This document shows, in pieces, positions 35,358-48,854 of a DNA stretch of 64,000 nucleotides. Below the pieces are notes generated by a model. It did no database searches. It had not been told where the DNA came from and saw nothing but the letters and a program-made list of their open reading frames with translations. The stretch is from Protoeuglena noctilucae (lineage: Eukaryota), in NCBI GenBank assembly GCA_958009085.1, contig OY253669.1, positions 682,001-746,000 on the forward strand, given 5' to 3'. A program made the position numbers and the translations under genes. Within the stretch, counting starts at the first letter, position 1. Every line of letters begins with the position of its first letter.

Positions 35358-37039
35358 CTACCCAAGCGCTGCGCGGATGGCCGCTACGTGGGCAGGCCCC
35401 GTCCCACAGCACCCTCCAACAACCGTGGCGCCCGCGTCGACCCATGCCTTGACCTCCCTGGCGTACGCGGCAGGCGTCATCAGCCCCTCGGCATCAAAGT
35501 CGCTGTCCGCGTACGGGACTGGCGCCGCGCCCTGCCCCAGCCACTCCTGCGTGCTCTTCTGCGCGCACGAAGACGACGTTGCGACGTGGAGCACCAGAGA
35601 CAGAACCCCTCCGCGTCTTCCTCGACCCAACATCGAGACCGTTAACCAGAGACCCATCAGCCCGTCAAACCCGGTCAAGTCTCTCGTCACCTTGAACACG
35701 TTTGCGTAGCCCCCACACCGCACGACCGCCCCGGCCTCCTCGGCGAGCTTGCCCGCCGCCTCCTTGAACAAGGGCAGCGCAGTCGCGACCGCCCTCGGGC
35801 TGCTGCAGTTCACCAGCAGCCCCCGGACGAAGCTGTGCTCGGCCGCCACCGCCAGCGCCGCCGACAGCGGCTCCCCGCTCCGCAGCTGGTTCGACCCGTC
35901 GTCCTTGATGCTGAAGCTGAGGAAGAGCGGCCGCGGCATGCCCGACAGGGCCCTGCACACCGCGCGCACCTCCGCCACGGCCGACTGCGGGCAAAGCTTC
36001 CACTCGACCAAACGTTCGAAGCAACCCTCTGGTCAGCATCCGGTGCGAACCCCGTCGCGGCTTACCAGGGTCTCGGCGATGAAGAGGTCCACGCATGGGT
36101 TCAAAGCATCGATGACTTTGGAATACTCCTCCGCCAAGTCCAACTCTTCCGGCAGATCCTTGGCCTCGTACGACTCCCTGCAGACGACGGCGAGCGCACG
36201 GTTCGCCCCGCCGGCACGCCGCCCGCGGGCACAGGACAGGGCGCGGCACCGCATACGCACCGCAGCGGCGGGAGGCTCCCAGCCAGCAGGACCATCTGGT
36301 CCTTGCCCGTCTGTTCCTTGGCCTCGTCGATCGCCTCGATGCAGAGGTCGCAGGACGCCTCAAGGATCTCCGCCTGCCTGTCCTCCAGCCCCACCTGCAT
36401 GCGGGGAGGCCTGACGACGACCTCAGCGCGCTCATAGCCCGCAGCAAACCCCGCCGCACCGGGCTCAACGCGCGATGTTGACGTGAATGCATGCATCAGG
36501 TAGCGGAGGGCCTGCGCGGTGGCAGGAACGCGACGCGGCGCGGCACCTTGCGCAGATGGTGGTTGGTGGCCACGAACGTGTTTGTCGTCAGCACGTCCGC
36601 CCCGGCCACCACGTAGTCCTTGTGGAGCGCTTTCACCGCGTCCTGTGGGCGGGCGGGGCGACGTTGGAAAGCGCTTTCCTCGCGGGGTGAGCCTCCAAAC
36701 GCCATGCCCCCTTGCCCCAAGGCCGGCGAACGCATCTCCGCACCTTCTCGTCCAAGTTGGCGAGGCACGTTTGCAAAAAGGTTCCTTCCACTCCCTTGCC
36801 CGCTGCCAAAGGCGACTGCGGAAGGAACGAGGGGGCCCAGGCCGGAAAGCGCCCGCATGACCTTTTCCCCACCCAAGCGCGAGCGAGCGAGCCAGCCCGC
36901 GCGTCACCTGCACCCCCCGCTTCTTCAGCTCGTGGCCCATGCCACCGTCGAGGACTAGCACCCGCGCATCGTCCACGGCACCCAGCGCACCGAAAGCGAT
37001 TGCACTGGAGCCGCTCTGAATGCGGAAACTCTTCGGCAT
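35358..37039 (-). CDS. Homocysteine S-methyltransferase family protein
   Basis: VLDGGMGHEL, AGADVLTTNTF, LAGSLPPL, DLFIAETL, LRSGE, LLVNCSSP and GGCCGTGPAHV (Zn-binding Cys). Six GT-AG introns. Confidence 0.92.
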
Positions 37040-37394
37040 CGTGGGTCGTATGAATCGGTATCTGGATCCAGCGGGCGATGCGGCGCAGGACGCGAGGGAG
37101 GGCCGGCCCCTGAAATAAGCGAGTGAGGGAAGGCAGGGCGGACTCCGTGACTGAGGTAGCCCACAAGTTGTAGGAGGAAGGCGTCGCGGGGCGCTGGATG
37201 CGTCAATCAGGACACTTCTGACGCACTTCTGACGCGCCGAGTAACTGTCCAGCTAGCTCTTCGCTCGTTGCTCCTTCCGCCCCAGAAATCCTGTGCCCAG
37301 CGCATTGTCAGTCGCTTGACTGGCAAAGCAACACAAAACCGACGGGTATGGACTCCAGCGTGTGTGGGTGGCCAGTCCGGCCCAGTTAGCAGCG

Positions 37395-39225
37395 ATGGGC
37401 GAGTCTGTCGACGCCGAAGAGCGTCTCCTGCGTCCGGTGAGAGAGCATCTATATCCCTCGGCATCTCCGGCAGTCGATGGCCCGCCAGGTGTGGAGCAGC
37501 TGTTATTTGCATTGCCAAGGTGCTCGCCGCTGTCTACGTACGCAGGGGCGGCACATCGACATCCCTGTCTTATCAGGTCGAGATGAGCTGGATGGCGATG
37601 CAGGCGTCATCGACTTCTATGCCGCGTGAGTGGACGTGGGCACCACTTGTGCTCTGAGCCCGTGGGCCGGCCTCTTTGTGGGATATAGTCTGCTTCCCGC
37701 GCCTCGCAGAGCTCGGGGACGAGACGTGCAGGGCACCGATTGGACGTTGACGAGCCTCACGCGGTCCGAGTACCGCACCCAGCGGCAGGCGTCGTACCAG
37801 AACTACCGGACCGGTCCGGGCCAGGCGGAGAAAGTCCCAGCCGACCTCATCCAGCGCGCCGAGCCCACGGGCCGCTATTACGACTACGTGTGCACGCGTC
37901 GGAAAGCCAAGACGTCCATCACTCACTTCCAGCTCCGTCACCTCGGTGAAGTGCCTGGGACAGCACGGTAGGGAGCTGCAAAAGGCAGCTGCCGTCCCTC
38001 CGGGACCGTCGTGCGAGCTCGCGTCGTTGCGCCCCGCAGTGAGCGCCGTCAGCGCCCGGGACGTGCTGCACGTGTGCGATGACCGGGTGCACTGCCTGGA
38101 CGCCGCGACGGGGGAGCTGACCCTGGTCATGGACCTGGCCGGCCGGTCCATGCAGGGCGGCGTGCCGGGCCTGGGGTCGGTGCAGGTGTCTTCTCTCGCG
38201 GCCGACGACCGCCTCGTGGCCGCGGGGGGCTTCGGGGGCGACCTGGTGGTGCGGCACCTCGGTGAGGCCGTGCCTAGCAAATGACAGGAGTGGCAAGATG
38301 GGTCGGAGGCCGTTTTGAAAGCACCTGCTCCCTCCCTTACCTTCCACGCAGACCGGCCCGGGCTGCTCTGCGCCGTGAGCGTCGCGTCCCGTGAGAACGG
38401 CATCGGCATCACGAACGGCATCGAGCTCTCGGCCGGGGGCGCCCACCCGCCCCGCGCCCTCCTCTCCAACAACGACGCCAAGCTCCGCGTCGCCGACCCT
38501 TGCGTGGGCCAAGTCTCCTCCGTCGTACCCCTCCCCTGGCCCGTCAACTTCGCGTCTGCCTGCCCCACGTGCCCCTCCCTGGTCTGCGTGGTTGGAGATG
38601 ACCTGGCAGCGGCCATGGTCGACCTTCACTCGGGCGCACGCACCGCCTCTCTGGGCGGCCACCTGGACTACGCCTTCGCGGTCGCCTGGCACCCTGATGG
38701 TCTCATGGTCGCCACGGGGAGCCAGGACATGGTCACGCGTATATGGGACGTCCGGCACCTCCGGTCACCCCTCGTCTTCGTGAGGCTGATCTGGGTTGTC
38801 GTGCGTGGTGGGTGGTGAGTGGTGATGTTTCGAATCTCACGTGGGCTGCTCCTGTGCCTCGCAGCTCAAGATGAACATGGGAGCCACACGCTCCCTGCGC
38901 TTCTCGCCAGACGGTGCGTTCCTGGCGGCGGCAGAGGCGGCCGACTTTGTGCACATGTATGACGTCGGGGCGGCCTTCACGCAGCAGCAGCAGGTCGACA
39001 TGTTCGGGGATATTGCCGGGATCAGGTGCGCAAAGCGTTCAGTGGGGCATTGCACGGCGCCAGCCCTGCCCAAGCGCACCTGCGCGCCCACGCCGGTCCC
39101 ACACTCTGTTGCCTCGCAGCTTCAGCCCCTGCGGCGAGGCCCTGTTCGTCGGTCTCAGCGAGCCCGTGCTGGGCGGCATTCTGCACTACAGCCTCCGCAG
39201 GGCGCTGCTCGAGGACATGCTCTGA
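37395..39225 (+). CDS. WD40-repeat protein, DUF2415 type
   Basis: GRDVQGTDW...TRSEYRTQR...YQNY, SITHFQLRHL, AGGFGGDL, SNNDAK, VVGDD, GHLDYAFAVAWHPDG..VATGSQD..RIWDVR, MGATRSLRFSPDG.FLAAAEAADFVH, FGDIAGI|SFSPCGE. Confidence 0.88.
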
Positions 39226-39596
39226 TTGTCCACGCCATCCGTCGCAGCACACATTCCGTGCTTTGAACGATTCGATTCACATGCCATCAGCACACTGCGC
39301 GCTTTGAACATGTCAGGGGAGGTGGTGCTACCGGTCCTTGCCGGACGCGGCCATGGGCGCCACGGAGATGCTTGCGACGGGGTCCATGAGGCTGGCGAGG
39401 GAGATGGACGGCGTGTCCTTGCGATGACCGTGGTTAGGAACCCCCTTTGGTTTCGCGAGGCCGAGGCGCTCCATGACCGTCAGCCCCCACTCTGGCGGCG
39501 CCCTGCGAGGGAGACGAGCAGACGGGGTTTGCAACCCCGTTCGTTGGGCTCTCCAGGTCGAATCCCGCCAGCCATTCCCGAGTGCAGCGAACGCCG

Positions 39597-39999
39597 TCAC
39601 TTCTTGTGCTTGGCCTTCAAACGCTCCTCCTCCTTCGACGACACGCGGCACAGGAATAGCATCCAGGACACGAGGGCCACCACATGGATGAGGACGAGGG
39701 GCCAGATGAGCCAGCGATACGCGGCAAAGCCCTCCTGCAGCATAAGGGACGAAAGGATGCTCTGGGTCAAGACCAGCTCTCGACGCGTCTTCAGCTGCCG
39801 GCTGCGCATGGCGGTTCCTAACCACCCTACCCGAACCACCACTCGCCTGCCTCAGGTGCGCTCCCTGCTCCCCCACGATGAGATGGTGGCCGACGCTGCC
39901 CTCGCCCAAGCGCACTTCGTGGTCCCGAGCCCGCACGAGCGTCAGGCAAGCCACCAGGGACGCCGTGGCGACGAGGAGCCTGTGCGCGTGCGGCGGCAT
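39597..39999 (-). CDS. Small (~96 aa) single-pass membrane protein with a signal peptide
   Basis: MPPHAHRLLVATASLVACLTLVRA (signal-like)...GAHLRQ, GC-AG intron 39846-39735, then EGFAAYRWLIWPLVLIHVVALVSWMLFLC (TM) RVSSKEEERLKAKHKK*. Confidence 0.6.
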
Positions 40000-40644
40000 A
40001 TCTCCCGGGCCAGCAACTACGCCTCTCGCTTCAAACTAGACGGGATAAACATGTCGACCTGCGAAGGATTGGATTTGCGACTCACTGAGTGGATCCGGGC
40101 GCATGCAGGGGCCCCGTGCCCGTCGGCTAGCTTCACGTAGACGCCAACGGGTGTCTCGCCCCGAAAGGTCGGCGAGGTGAACAAGATCACAGCATATCGC
40201 GTCTTACCCAAGGAAAGGAGGCGGACGTGTACTGTAGCCGCGAAAACGAGCGCTTGCTGTCAACGAAGCCGTGGCAACTTAAGTGACGCAGAAAACCGGC
40301 GCGGAAGCTCCAGACACGCACAATCGATACCTGAGAAACAGTGAGGCGGACGGTCGGGGGGGGGGGAGCATTGGCCAGCGGAAAAGGCAAACTGGGTATG
40401 CCCTTTGCCAGGAAAAGCTCGCGAGCAGACGGGGCGCCTCGGCGCCGAGCGCTGTATCACTTCAGAGACAAGGCAGCGGTATTGCGTGGGACGCCGGATT
40501 CTCTCGACCCAGCGTCGTGGCGAGCCGCCGCTCAACATCCCTCGGCATCTTAGACGTCGCACACGTGTGGCGCGGAGCTCGCGACAGGGACGGCCCGTGG
40601 CCGCGATTCCGAGCTGACCTGTCACCATCTGTCGCTGTGCTCAT

Positions 40645-42251
40645 ATGTTCGCGCTTGCGCCCGTGCTGCCCGCACGGCCCGCTGTGCGGCAGCAGACGCG
40701 ATGCTACTCCCAGCGGATCTCGCGGCGGTCGACCCTGGCGTCGACGGGCGCAGGTGCGAACTCGACACGGCGCGGCCGCGGTGCAGCCCGGGGCGTGCCC
40801 GCGCCCCGACCCTCCCCAAGCCGGCGTCGCGCAGCGATCGCATCTGCCCAGCGAGCGCGGGGCGTATGCGGCCGCCGAAAGCGCTCCACCCCTCGGCTTT
40901 TTGCAGCAGCAATGTTCGGGATGACGGGGGGTACGGTGGCGGCATCGGCGCGGACGAGGTCGGAGATCGAGAGCGGTGCGTGCGTGGTTCCAGCGGCCGG
41001 AGCCCCCCCCGCGCGCCACAGGGGCGCGGGCTCATCGATTGAGCTTTTATCCCGGCCGAGGAGCTCAACACCGTGCCCTCTCCCCATCCCAGTGCTCGAG
41101 AAGCCGGAGTGGCCTGCCGAGTTTCCGCTCCTGCCGCGCGACTTCCAGCGCTACGATGAGACGCCGGATTCGAAGTTCTACGCGAGCCCCCGATTCGTGA
41201 CGCACATCGACGACAAGGCCATCAAGGCGCTGACCGAATGGTACCGGCAGCACCTCCCGGTGTCCGGCCTGCGCGACTCGGCGGTCCTGGGTGAGTCGCG
41301 CGCTCCCCGCCCCTCGCGTGCCGCGATCCTTCGCGCGCGGCGACGCCTGGACGAGACGGAGTGCGCGAACGCGCCCGAGTGGAAGATCCTGGGCCGTTCC
41401 GCCCGGGTCGGGAGCGTTGTTGTTTTGTGGCTCCTTCCTTATCCTCGCCCGCGCGTCCACTGCGCCGCCCCGCCCCGGCCTGCAGACATGTGCTCGTCGT
41501 GGGTGAGCCACTACCCGATGGGCTACAAGGCGGGGAGGGTCGTCGGCCTCGGGATGAACGAGGAGGAGCTTGCGAGGAACCCAGGTGACGCCGAGCGTCG
41601 CCTGTGGTTTTGAATGCGCCCCTGGACCCGTCGGGCCCGCGCAGTCCTTCTGCTGCCTATCACACTGCTGTAGCCTTGATTTCGCGGCGCGCGGCCTCCC
41701 CTCCGGACTCCTCGCGCTCGAGCAGGCCCGCCTTCGTTTTGATTTGATTTGATTCCCGTGTGACGCATCCGCCCGCTCCCCTCCGCAGTCCTGACCGAGG
41801 CGCTGGTTCAGGACCTGAACGAGAACCCGAAGCTCCCTTACGCGGACAACTCCTTTGACATGATCACCAATTCGGTGTCGGTGGACTACCTCACCAAGCC
41901 TCTTGATGTGTTCCGGGAAGCCCACCGGGTTCTCAAGCCGGGCGGCATCATGGCCTGCTCCTTCAGCAACCGGTGCTTCCCCACCAAGGTCATATCGCTC
42001 TGGAGCATGACGGGGGACATGGGTGAGGGGCCAAATTCGAATCGTCGCGCACAACCGCACCGATCCGCCACCACCGTGACCCCGCGCCCCGCCCCGCAGA
42101 GCACGTTTGGATCGTCGGTTCCTACTTCCATTACGCGGTGCGCGGCGGGTTCACCCCCCCGCAGTGCAACGACATCAGCCCCCAGCGCAACATCCCCTTC
42201 TCTCCCGCCACCGACCCCATGTACGTCGTCTGGGCCCGGAAGACCGCGTAA
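40645..42251 (+). CDS. SAM-dependent methyltransferase (type 11), putatively plastid-targeted
   Basis: Transit-peptide-like N-terminus. DFQRYDETPDSKFYASPRFVTHIDD, L|DMCSSWVSHYP, GLGMNEEELARNP, QDLN..PKLP..DNSFD..NSVSVDYLTKP, SFSNRCFPTK, DPMYVV. Confidence 0.92.
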
Positions 42252-42623
42252 TAGGCGCGATCGGGGTAGCGGTCAGGAGGGAATCGATTTTGTGCTTGCT
42301 GGGGCTCACGTGCGCGACGGGCCTCCCTCGCGACGGCCCCCGGCTGTGTCGTTAGGACAGGCCCTTGCGGCGCCTGCGGGGCGCGTCTGGCATCTACCAG
42401 GCCTTGGGGCGCCCGGGTCGCCTGCAGACGTCCCGCCTCTCACCCTCGCTGCGGGTGCCTTATCCTGGCCTCGTGGCGCCTTGCCCGAAGCCGCACAGCA
42501 CTCGCATTTCATACCCTAGGGACGACTTGTTGAAGACGGGCGACGAAACGTGGACAGACGGAAAGACCGCGAAGTGGGAAGTGGGCTGGCACCGAGCAAA
42601 CACAGCGAGAGAACGAAGCGACC

Positions 42624-45600
42624 TCAGCCCCGCTCGGAGTCGCAGACCTTGCAGACCAGGAACAGCGCCTCACGGCCCTCGTGGCGGTACGTGCAAACCC
42701 CGCAAGTCCACGCCGAGTCGGTCTGCGGAGGTGCCGGCCCGGCAGGCCGTGCACCCCACGACGAAGCGGGCTGGTGAGACGAGGCCGGCTGGGCAGCTGG
42801 CAGGGTAGGGCGCGGGGCAGCCGGGACTGGCTGGCTTGCCGGTGGGGCCGGGCGGGGGGCGACCGGGGCCGGGGCAGCGGCCGATGCCTGAGGTGGCGTC
42901 GGGCGAAGCGGGGCTTGCATGACCGGTTGTGGGCGTGGCGTGGGCGCCTGCGGCTGTGCCGGGGGAGGGTAGGCCGGCCGGCGAGGTCCCAGCGCGGCCG
43001 CCGCGGTGACATGCGGCGGGTAGCTGGGCGGCGTCGGGGTCAGCGTCGCTGCGGGGGCGGGCGAGGGGGCATGTGATGGCGCATGGGTCACGAGGGCACG
43101 AGAGATGCGCTGTGGCCTAACAAGCGGGTGTCGCGAGCTGCGAGGGATCCCAGAACCCTACTCCTAACCTGCTGCTGGGCGGGCACTGGGCTGCGCGTTG
43201 GCTAAGGGCCCCTGCGTGGCACCAGCCCAGATGCCAAAGGTGGGCGGCTCTGTTCCATAATGCGGTTCCGTCCCATAATGTAACGCCTCGGCCTCTGCTA
43301 CGTAATCGTCTTCCGCCGCGCCCCACTGCCCCACTGCATTCGCCAAGGCCCCCGGGTAGAGCCCCATGTCCCCGTACGCCCCCGCTTGTGGGAACGCGCC
43401 ATACATGGACTCGTCGGCGTAGCAGCTGTACGCCCCGTCGTCGGCCGCGTGCCCCGTGGGATCGTAGACGGAGGCGTTCGGGAGCAGGACGCCGCCGAAC
43501 GAGGCGTCAAAGGCCGCGCCAGAGCCCTGCCTCCCGCCGCCGATCTGCGCCGGTAGGTCCCAGCCCAGCGCAGGCTGGGCACCACCCGAGGCGTGGCCTT
43601 GGGCGCCAGTGGACGATGACGCGTGCCCTTGAGACTGAGAGACCGATAGCTGGGGCACGTAGGCGTCGGGGTTGGTCTGGGACGTCGGCAGCTGGGTTCG
43701 GGGCGGCATGGCGGGAGACGCCGAGGGCGGGGCCGCGCTCGTGGTGGCGGTTAAGGAGAGGCCAGCCATCTTCCCGACCGGGGGCGCGGCTGCGGAGGCG
43801 ACCAGGGACCACGTGGGCAGGGGGCGCCGTTCCAACGCACGCCTCCGTCATGTTCAGTGTGCGCGCAGTGCCATGAGACATGCGCTCCCGCATAGAGAGG
43901 ATGCGGAATGCGGAACGTGACCACAATATGGTGTCCACGGCTAGTCATACCCGAGATGGGTTGCGCGATCCCTAAGACTGACTAGCAGACGCCTCACCTT
44001 GTGGGGCGGGGATCTCGGCGCCCTGGTCCCTCAGGTGCTGCACGAGGCCATCCCTGTCGCTGATGTTGAGCAGCACGCAGGTCAGCGCCGCCAGCCGGTA
44101 CCCCGCCTCAACGCCCCTCGTCACGGGGCCGACGTCGCCCCCTCGCATGCGATTGAGCTCTGCCGTGATGCCGTCGACCGTCAACGTGCCGCGCGTGACG
44201 CCCTCCGTCATCACGGGGTTCAGGTGCTTGATCAGATCCCCGGGAGCGTTGCGGACAACGTCGGGAGCCTGGGGGTGCGGCACGAACCGGCCATTCCAAC
44301 ACAGGGCACGTAGGCCTGGCGTTAATATCTGACAAACCACAGCCGCTGGCTGCAATCGCAGCCAACCACGCAATTGCGCGTCTCACCATCGTCGAGAACA
44401 CCTCGAACAATTTCAAGATGCCTTGCTCCCAAGCTCCTTCCTCATCGTCCGCCGACGACGATAACCCCGGCCCATGCCCGGCGGCAGGTGCCAACTGTTG
44501 ACCCTGCGCGCCCCAGAGTCCCTCCGCATTCCCGTTCGGCGCCGCGGCCGGCGTGAGGCGAGCGGCCGAGGCCGGCTGTGGCTGGGGTGGGGCCGAGACG
44601 GGGACGGAGGGCGCCAGAGGTGGCGGGAAGTCCTGGGAAGCGATGCGGGGGGTCCCAGGAACGGTCCCGGCTCGGGATCCATGCTGGCCCGAGCCCTGGG
44701 ACAGCGGCGGCGTCGCCGATGCGGGCGTCGCGGCCCGTGGCGCCTCCCCTTGCGCCCGCCCCTGGCTCGCGGGGGCCGAGTGCGGTGCCCCGCTTGGCGG
44801 CGCCGAGGCCAGGTTGGTCCAAACGGTGGTGGGGCCCCTCGCGGTAGGCGGCGGAGCGGAGAGGTCCAACGGCCGGGCCAGGATGAGGTCGATGGTGCCG
44901 CGGATCGAGTCGCGGATGGGGATGGGTCCCGTGAGCGAGAGGATGGACGCGGGCGCTGCCTCGCCGTCCACGAGCGGCATGCCCACCACGCGCGCGCCTG
45001 GGGGCGGCCCAGATGGGTCGGGCAACACTGCGCGCGGGGGAGGTGCGAACCCTGTTGCCACCATCACCGTACCATGGCTATGCGTGTCGCGTGCCTCGCA
45101 GGCCCAGCCGCTTCCCGACCGGATTCGCATAGCGCGAACGGATGGTCAGCCATCGATTCTCACCGAGGTAGTCGTTGTCCCGCGACACTCCTCTGCCCAG
45201 TCGCTCGATCCTCTCCCGCACGACACGCTCCGCCAGCACCTGGCCCCCCGGGCCCATCTCCTGCACCCGTCCCAGAATCTCCTCAACCTCCTCCCAGTCC
45301 TCGTCCAGGCACGGCATCAGCAGGGCGTCCTGTGGAGAGAGAGCAAGGTGACGGGAAAGCCCTTGATGCACCCAACCATGCCACTGTGTATCTGGGGCTG
45401 GCCAGACTGTAGCTAAGCAGTAGCTTAAAATTGCGCGTGACAACATGCAAAGCAAGGGCCAAGGCAAGCCGCTGCCATCTGGGATTGCCACGTACCTTGA
45501 ACACCGCCAATGCCAGCTGCGACTGGCAAATCGCATCGAAGGCGTCCCCCAGCGCCTGCAGGATCTCCAGCACGGCGGTGGCCTGGTCCTCCTCCGCTGC

Positions 45601-48600
45601 GCGACGCACCACCAGCTGGACTGCGGGCGGAGGGCGCGCTCCAGCAATGGTGACGCTAGCACGGGTAAGGACTGCGAAGCGACGGTGGTTGTGCACGAGA
45701 GGCGTTGCCAGAAAGCTCTGTGCTCACAGAGTGACAGCCTATGCCCCACATGTGCACAAGCTGTTATTCAAATCCCGGCCTCGCTCACCGAAGTCGGGGT
45801 CCATGGTGACCAGCTTGGGCCAGTCGTGTGGATCGATCTTGTTGATGACGAGCGACGGGAAGCTCCGGAAATACGTCTGCGCGCTCGGGAACGTGGTGGG
45901 TGCCGTATAGCAAAATCCCTAAGCGCCGTGCCGTCGCCGACGCGTCACGCGCCCCAGCAACACGCACACAGCAGCACCGCTGCCCCACAGGAGGACGCGG
46001 CGCTGTGCTCCAGGCTCGCCTCTGACTCCAGGAAGACGTTGCGCATGCTGAGCAGCTGACGCAGGAGCCCGATGCCCCCCGGCAGGTGCACGCACTTGTT
46101 GGCCGCCTCGCACACGACGATGCCCAGCGCCAGCATCCCCTCCATGGGCTGCGTCCACTTCAGTAGGTCGGCGACGATGTCCGGACCGTGCTGCATGGGG
46201 GAACCGAGGGTGACACTCCCGCAGGTGACACTCGCGCCATGCAACAGGCACCGCTCTCAACGGACCCTCCACTGCCGTCGTCTGGGTCATGTCATGCAAG
46301 CGTATCGACTCAGGGTGCCCCGTGCTCCCATCTGCACCGGGACGGCATCAAATGCTTCCCACGCTTTGGCCAGCACATGCCAGGGCCGCAGCCCTCACCG
46401 GCATCCGCAGCATGTCCATCACAACCGCAGGAGAGCCCCCGAGCCCCGGATTCACCAAGTGCGTGCACAGGGTGTCGAGGGCCGAGCGCAGGTAAAGCGC
46501 TTCACGGTCGCTGTGGAGCTGTGACATGGGGACCTGCAGGTGACGGGGTGGTGGGGGCGCTTGTCGGGCATGCGTGGCTGTGATGTGGAAGCTCCGTGAT
46601 GACCGCCTTGGAATGGACGGTCCGTCAGGCAGCGCCGAGATGAATGGACCTCGCTCATGGCTCGAGTGGCCGCTCACCTGCTGCAGGTACTCGCACATGG
46701 GGGCGCAAAGCTTAGCCACGTGACCCATGGCACCCTTGGCCCGCTCCCCGTCGGCGCCTGGGCCCCTCACAACCGCCACAATGACGGTTGCAAGGCCACG
46801 CTGCGAGAGGACAGAGGAGAGGTGCCTATGTCTGTGCTAGGAGGCTGCGCATGATGGGCTGGGTCCGTCCGGGTCATTAGAGCCAGCAGCGTGGGCCAAG
46901 GCGCACAGCATCCCTCACCAACATGGCGCCGGCAGAGTGGGCGTCGATATGGGGCGTGTCGATGTGCGGCAGGTTCTTGAGGCTAAGGACCGTCCGAAAA
47001 ACCAGCTCGCCACGCTTTTCTGCACGGTCAGGCTGGGAAGGGATGCTTAGCACGCCAAACACACATCTACACCACCACCCGCAGCATCACAGAAAGATAG
47101 CATGGCTCTGGCGGCGGTGGAGCAGGAGGGCAGCACTGAGGGGGGTTGCGTGCCTGTCGCAATGACCCTCACCGGCGATGGCTGACATGTATTCTGCCCC
47201 TAGCCTATACCACACTTCATCAAAGGCAGTGCGAAATCCCTGGTCCAGGTCCCAATACACGTTGACGGCGTGCGTGCTGCCCGTAACCCGTGCCATGGCG
47301 GCATGGATGTACGCCCCGGCCATGAGGTACGCTTGCATCGTGTAGTTGCCAAAGAACTCGCTGGTGAGCTCCCCGACGCGCTTGGACTGCGGGCAGAGCC
47401 CATTCGTCTGAGCAAGGAGCAAGGCACGAAAGCATGGGGACGCGGGATCGCGATGCGGCGGCGCGCACGAGGCGTACCTGCGCGAGGAGATGCATCAGCT
47501 TCATGAAGTTGGCGTGCTTTCCGGCCGCGACCGCCTTGATCGTGGCCGCAAAGCAGCGCGGATCGTGCCTCATCTGCGGGGCGCGGGGGAGCCAAGGACT
47601 TGCGCCAGGACCACCCGCGGTCAGGAGAGCGCAATGCAGATCGCGGGGCATGGGCGCAGATGCAGTTCAGCCGGTACAAGGGCTCCAATGCCTGGGCGCC
47701 CTGTGCGCCTGTGCCTGCGCTACGCACGTTGACGTTGCCGTCCTTGAGCTCGATGCCCGCTTCCGTCAAAACGCTTTGGAAGGACGGAAAGTGCTTATGG
47801 CACGAGTAATGGTAGACCTCCTCCGGACTGCACTGGGCCTGCGTGCGGCAAATGTGGGCTGATACATGTCACATCAAAACACACTGCCAACGCGAGGGAT
47901 CGCTTGGCGATGGAAGCAGACGCATGTGCGCGATGCACGCACCAGGGCCTTGGTGGGTGGACCCCACGGCAGGGATGCCGGGGCGCGCTTGTTGCACTTG
48001 GAGAATATGCAGGAGGCGTTGCCCGCGGGATTTACTTTGTTGCACGCGGGACAGACCCAAGAGCATATGGGAACTGCGTGAGGGCGCGGGGGTCGTGCGA
48101 GGAGTGCGCCACACCGCACGCGGCGAGACGTGCTGAGCTCGCTGCAGCGGCTCCGCACCTCCCTGCTGGGCCCTCTGGGCCGGGCGCGTCGATGACCCAC
48201 TACCGCGCGACTCGCCCCTCTTCCGCGCCTCCGTAGCTCTCCTGGCTGCTTCGTTGGCATCGATGAGCATCTGCGGAGATGTGCAGACAGCGTTCCCGCA
48301 TTCCCAGAGCGCTGGCCACGATGCGGGTCTCGCGTCGCAATTATGCAGTACAGGTAGCGCGCGGAGCGAGCGCCACGAGGTGCGGCAGGCACCTGGGGCC
48401 AGGGTGCGCGCGTGTTGAGCAGCTCATATCCCTCCACGTATCGCCGGTCCAAGACACACTTGACACCCATGTCGTTCGTGGTGGTCGCCCGGCGCCGCAA
48501 TCGGTCCACGCACGGCACGCACATCGTGTGCCCGCACGGCTTGAGCTGCGCGGAGCACGCGGTGCCGAGCGCAATTGGTCGGGTCGCGCTCCCAGCGCAT

Positions 48601-48854
48601 GGAACAGAAACACACTCTGCATCGCTAGATGCTGCGCCAGCGATGCCATCGGGGTCCCCGAGCGCGGCTCGATGCGTCTGCTGCATCGGGAGGCGGGACT
48701 CGCACGTGCTGCTCGCCTTCGCCATCTTGTCATCAGTGAAAGAGTTGCTGCAAATGGGACATTCGTAATCCCCTTGACCTTGGCCGGGGGAGTCGTGGGA
48801 ATTGTCTCCCCACAGCCCGCCCGTCCACGCGCTCCCCTCCGCCCCCGATCCCAT
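42624..48854 (-). CDS. Large multi-exon RING-finger protein with two RanBP2-type zinc fingers and a central helical-repeat region
   Basis: RING CPICSNSF...|LKPCGHTMCVPC...KCVLDR. ZnF WVCPACNKVNPAGNASC...C. C-terminal WTCGVCTYRH...CKVC. The central exons look helical. That all exons belong to one gene is inferred. Confidence 0.62.

Noticed and set aside
25323..37039. Selenocysteine or stop-codon reassignment in redox or methyltransferase genes
   Set aside because: All catalytic positions are ordinary Cys codons, and every in-frame stop is explained by an intron. TAA, TAG and TGA all serve as terminal stops.
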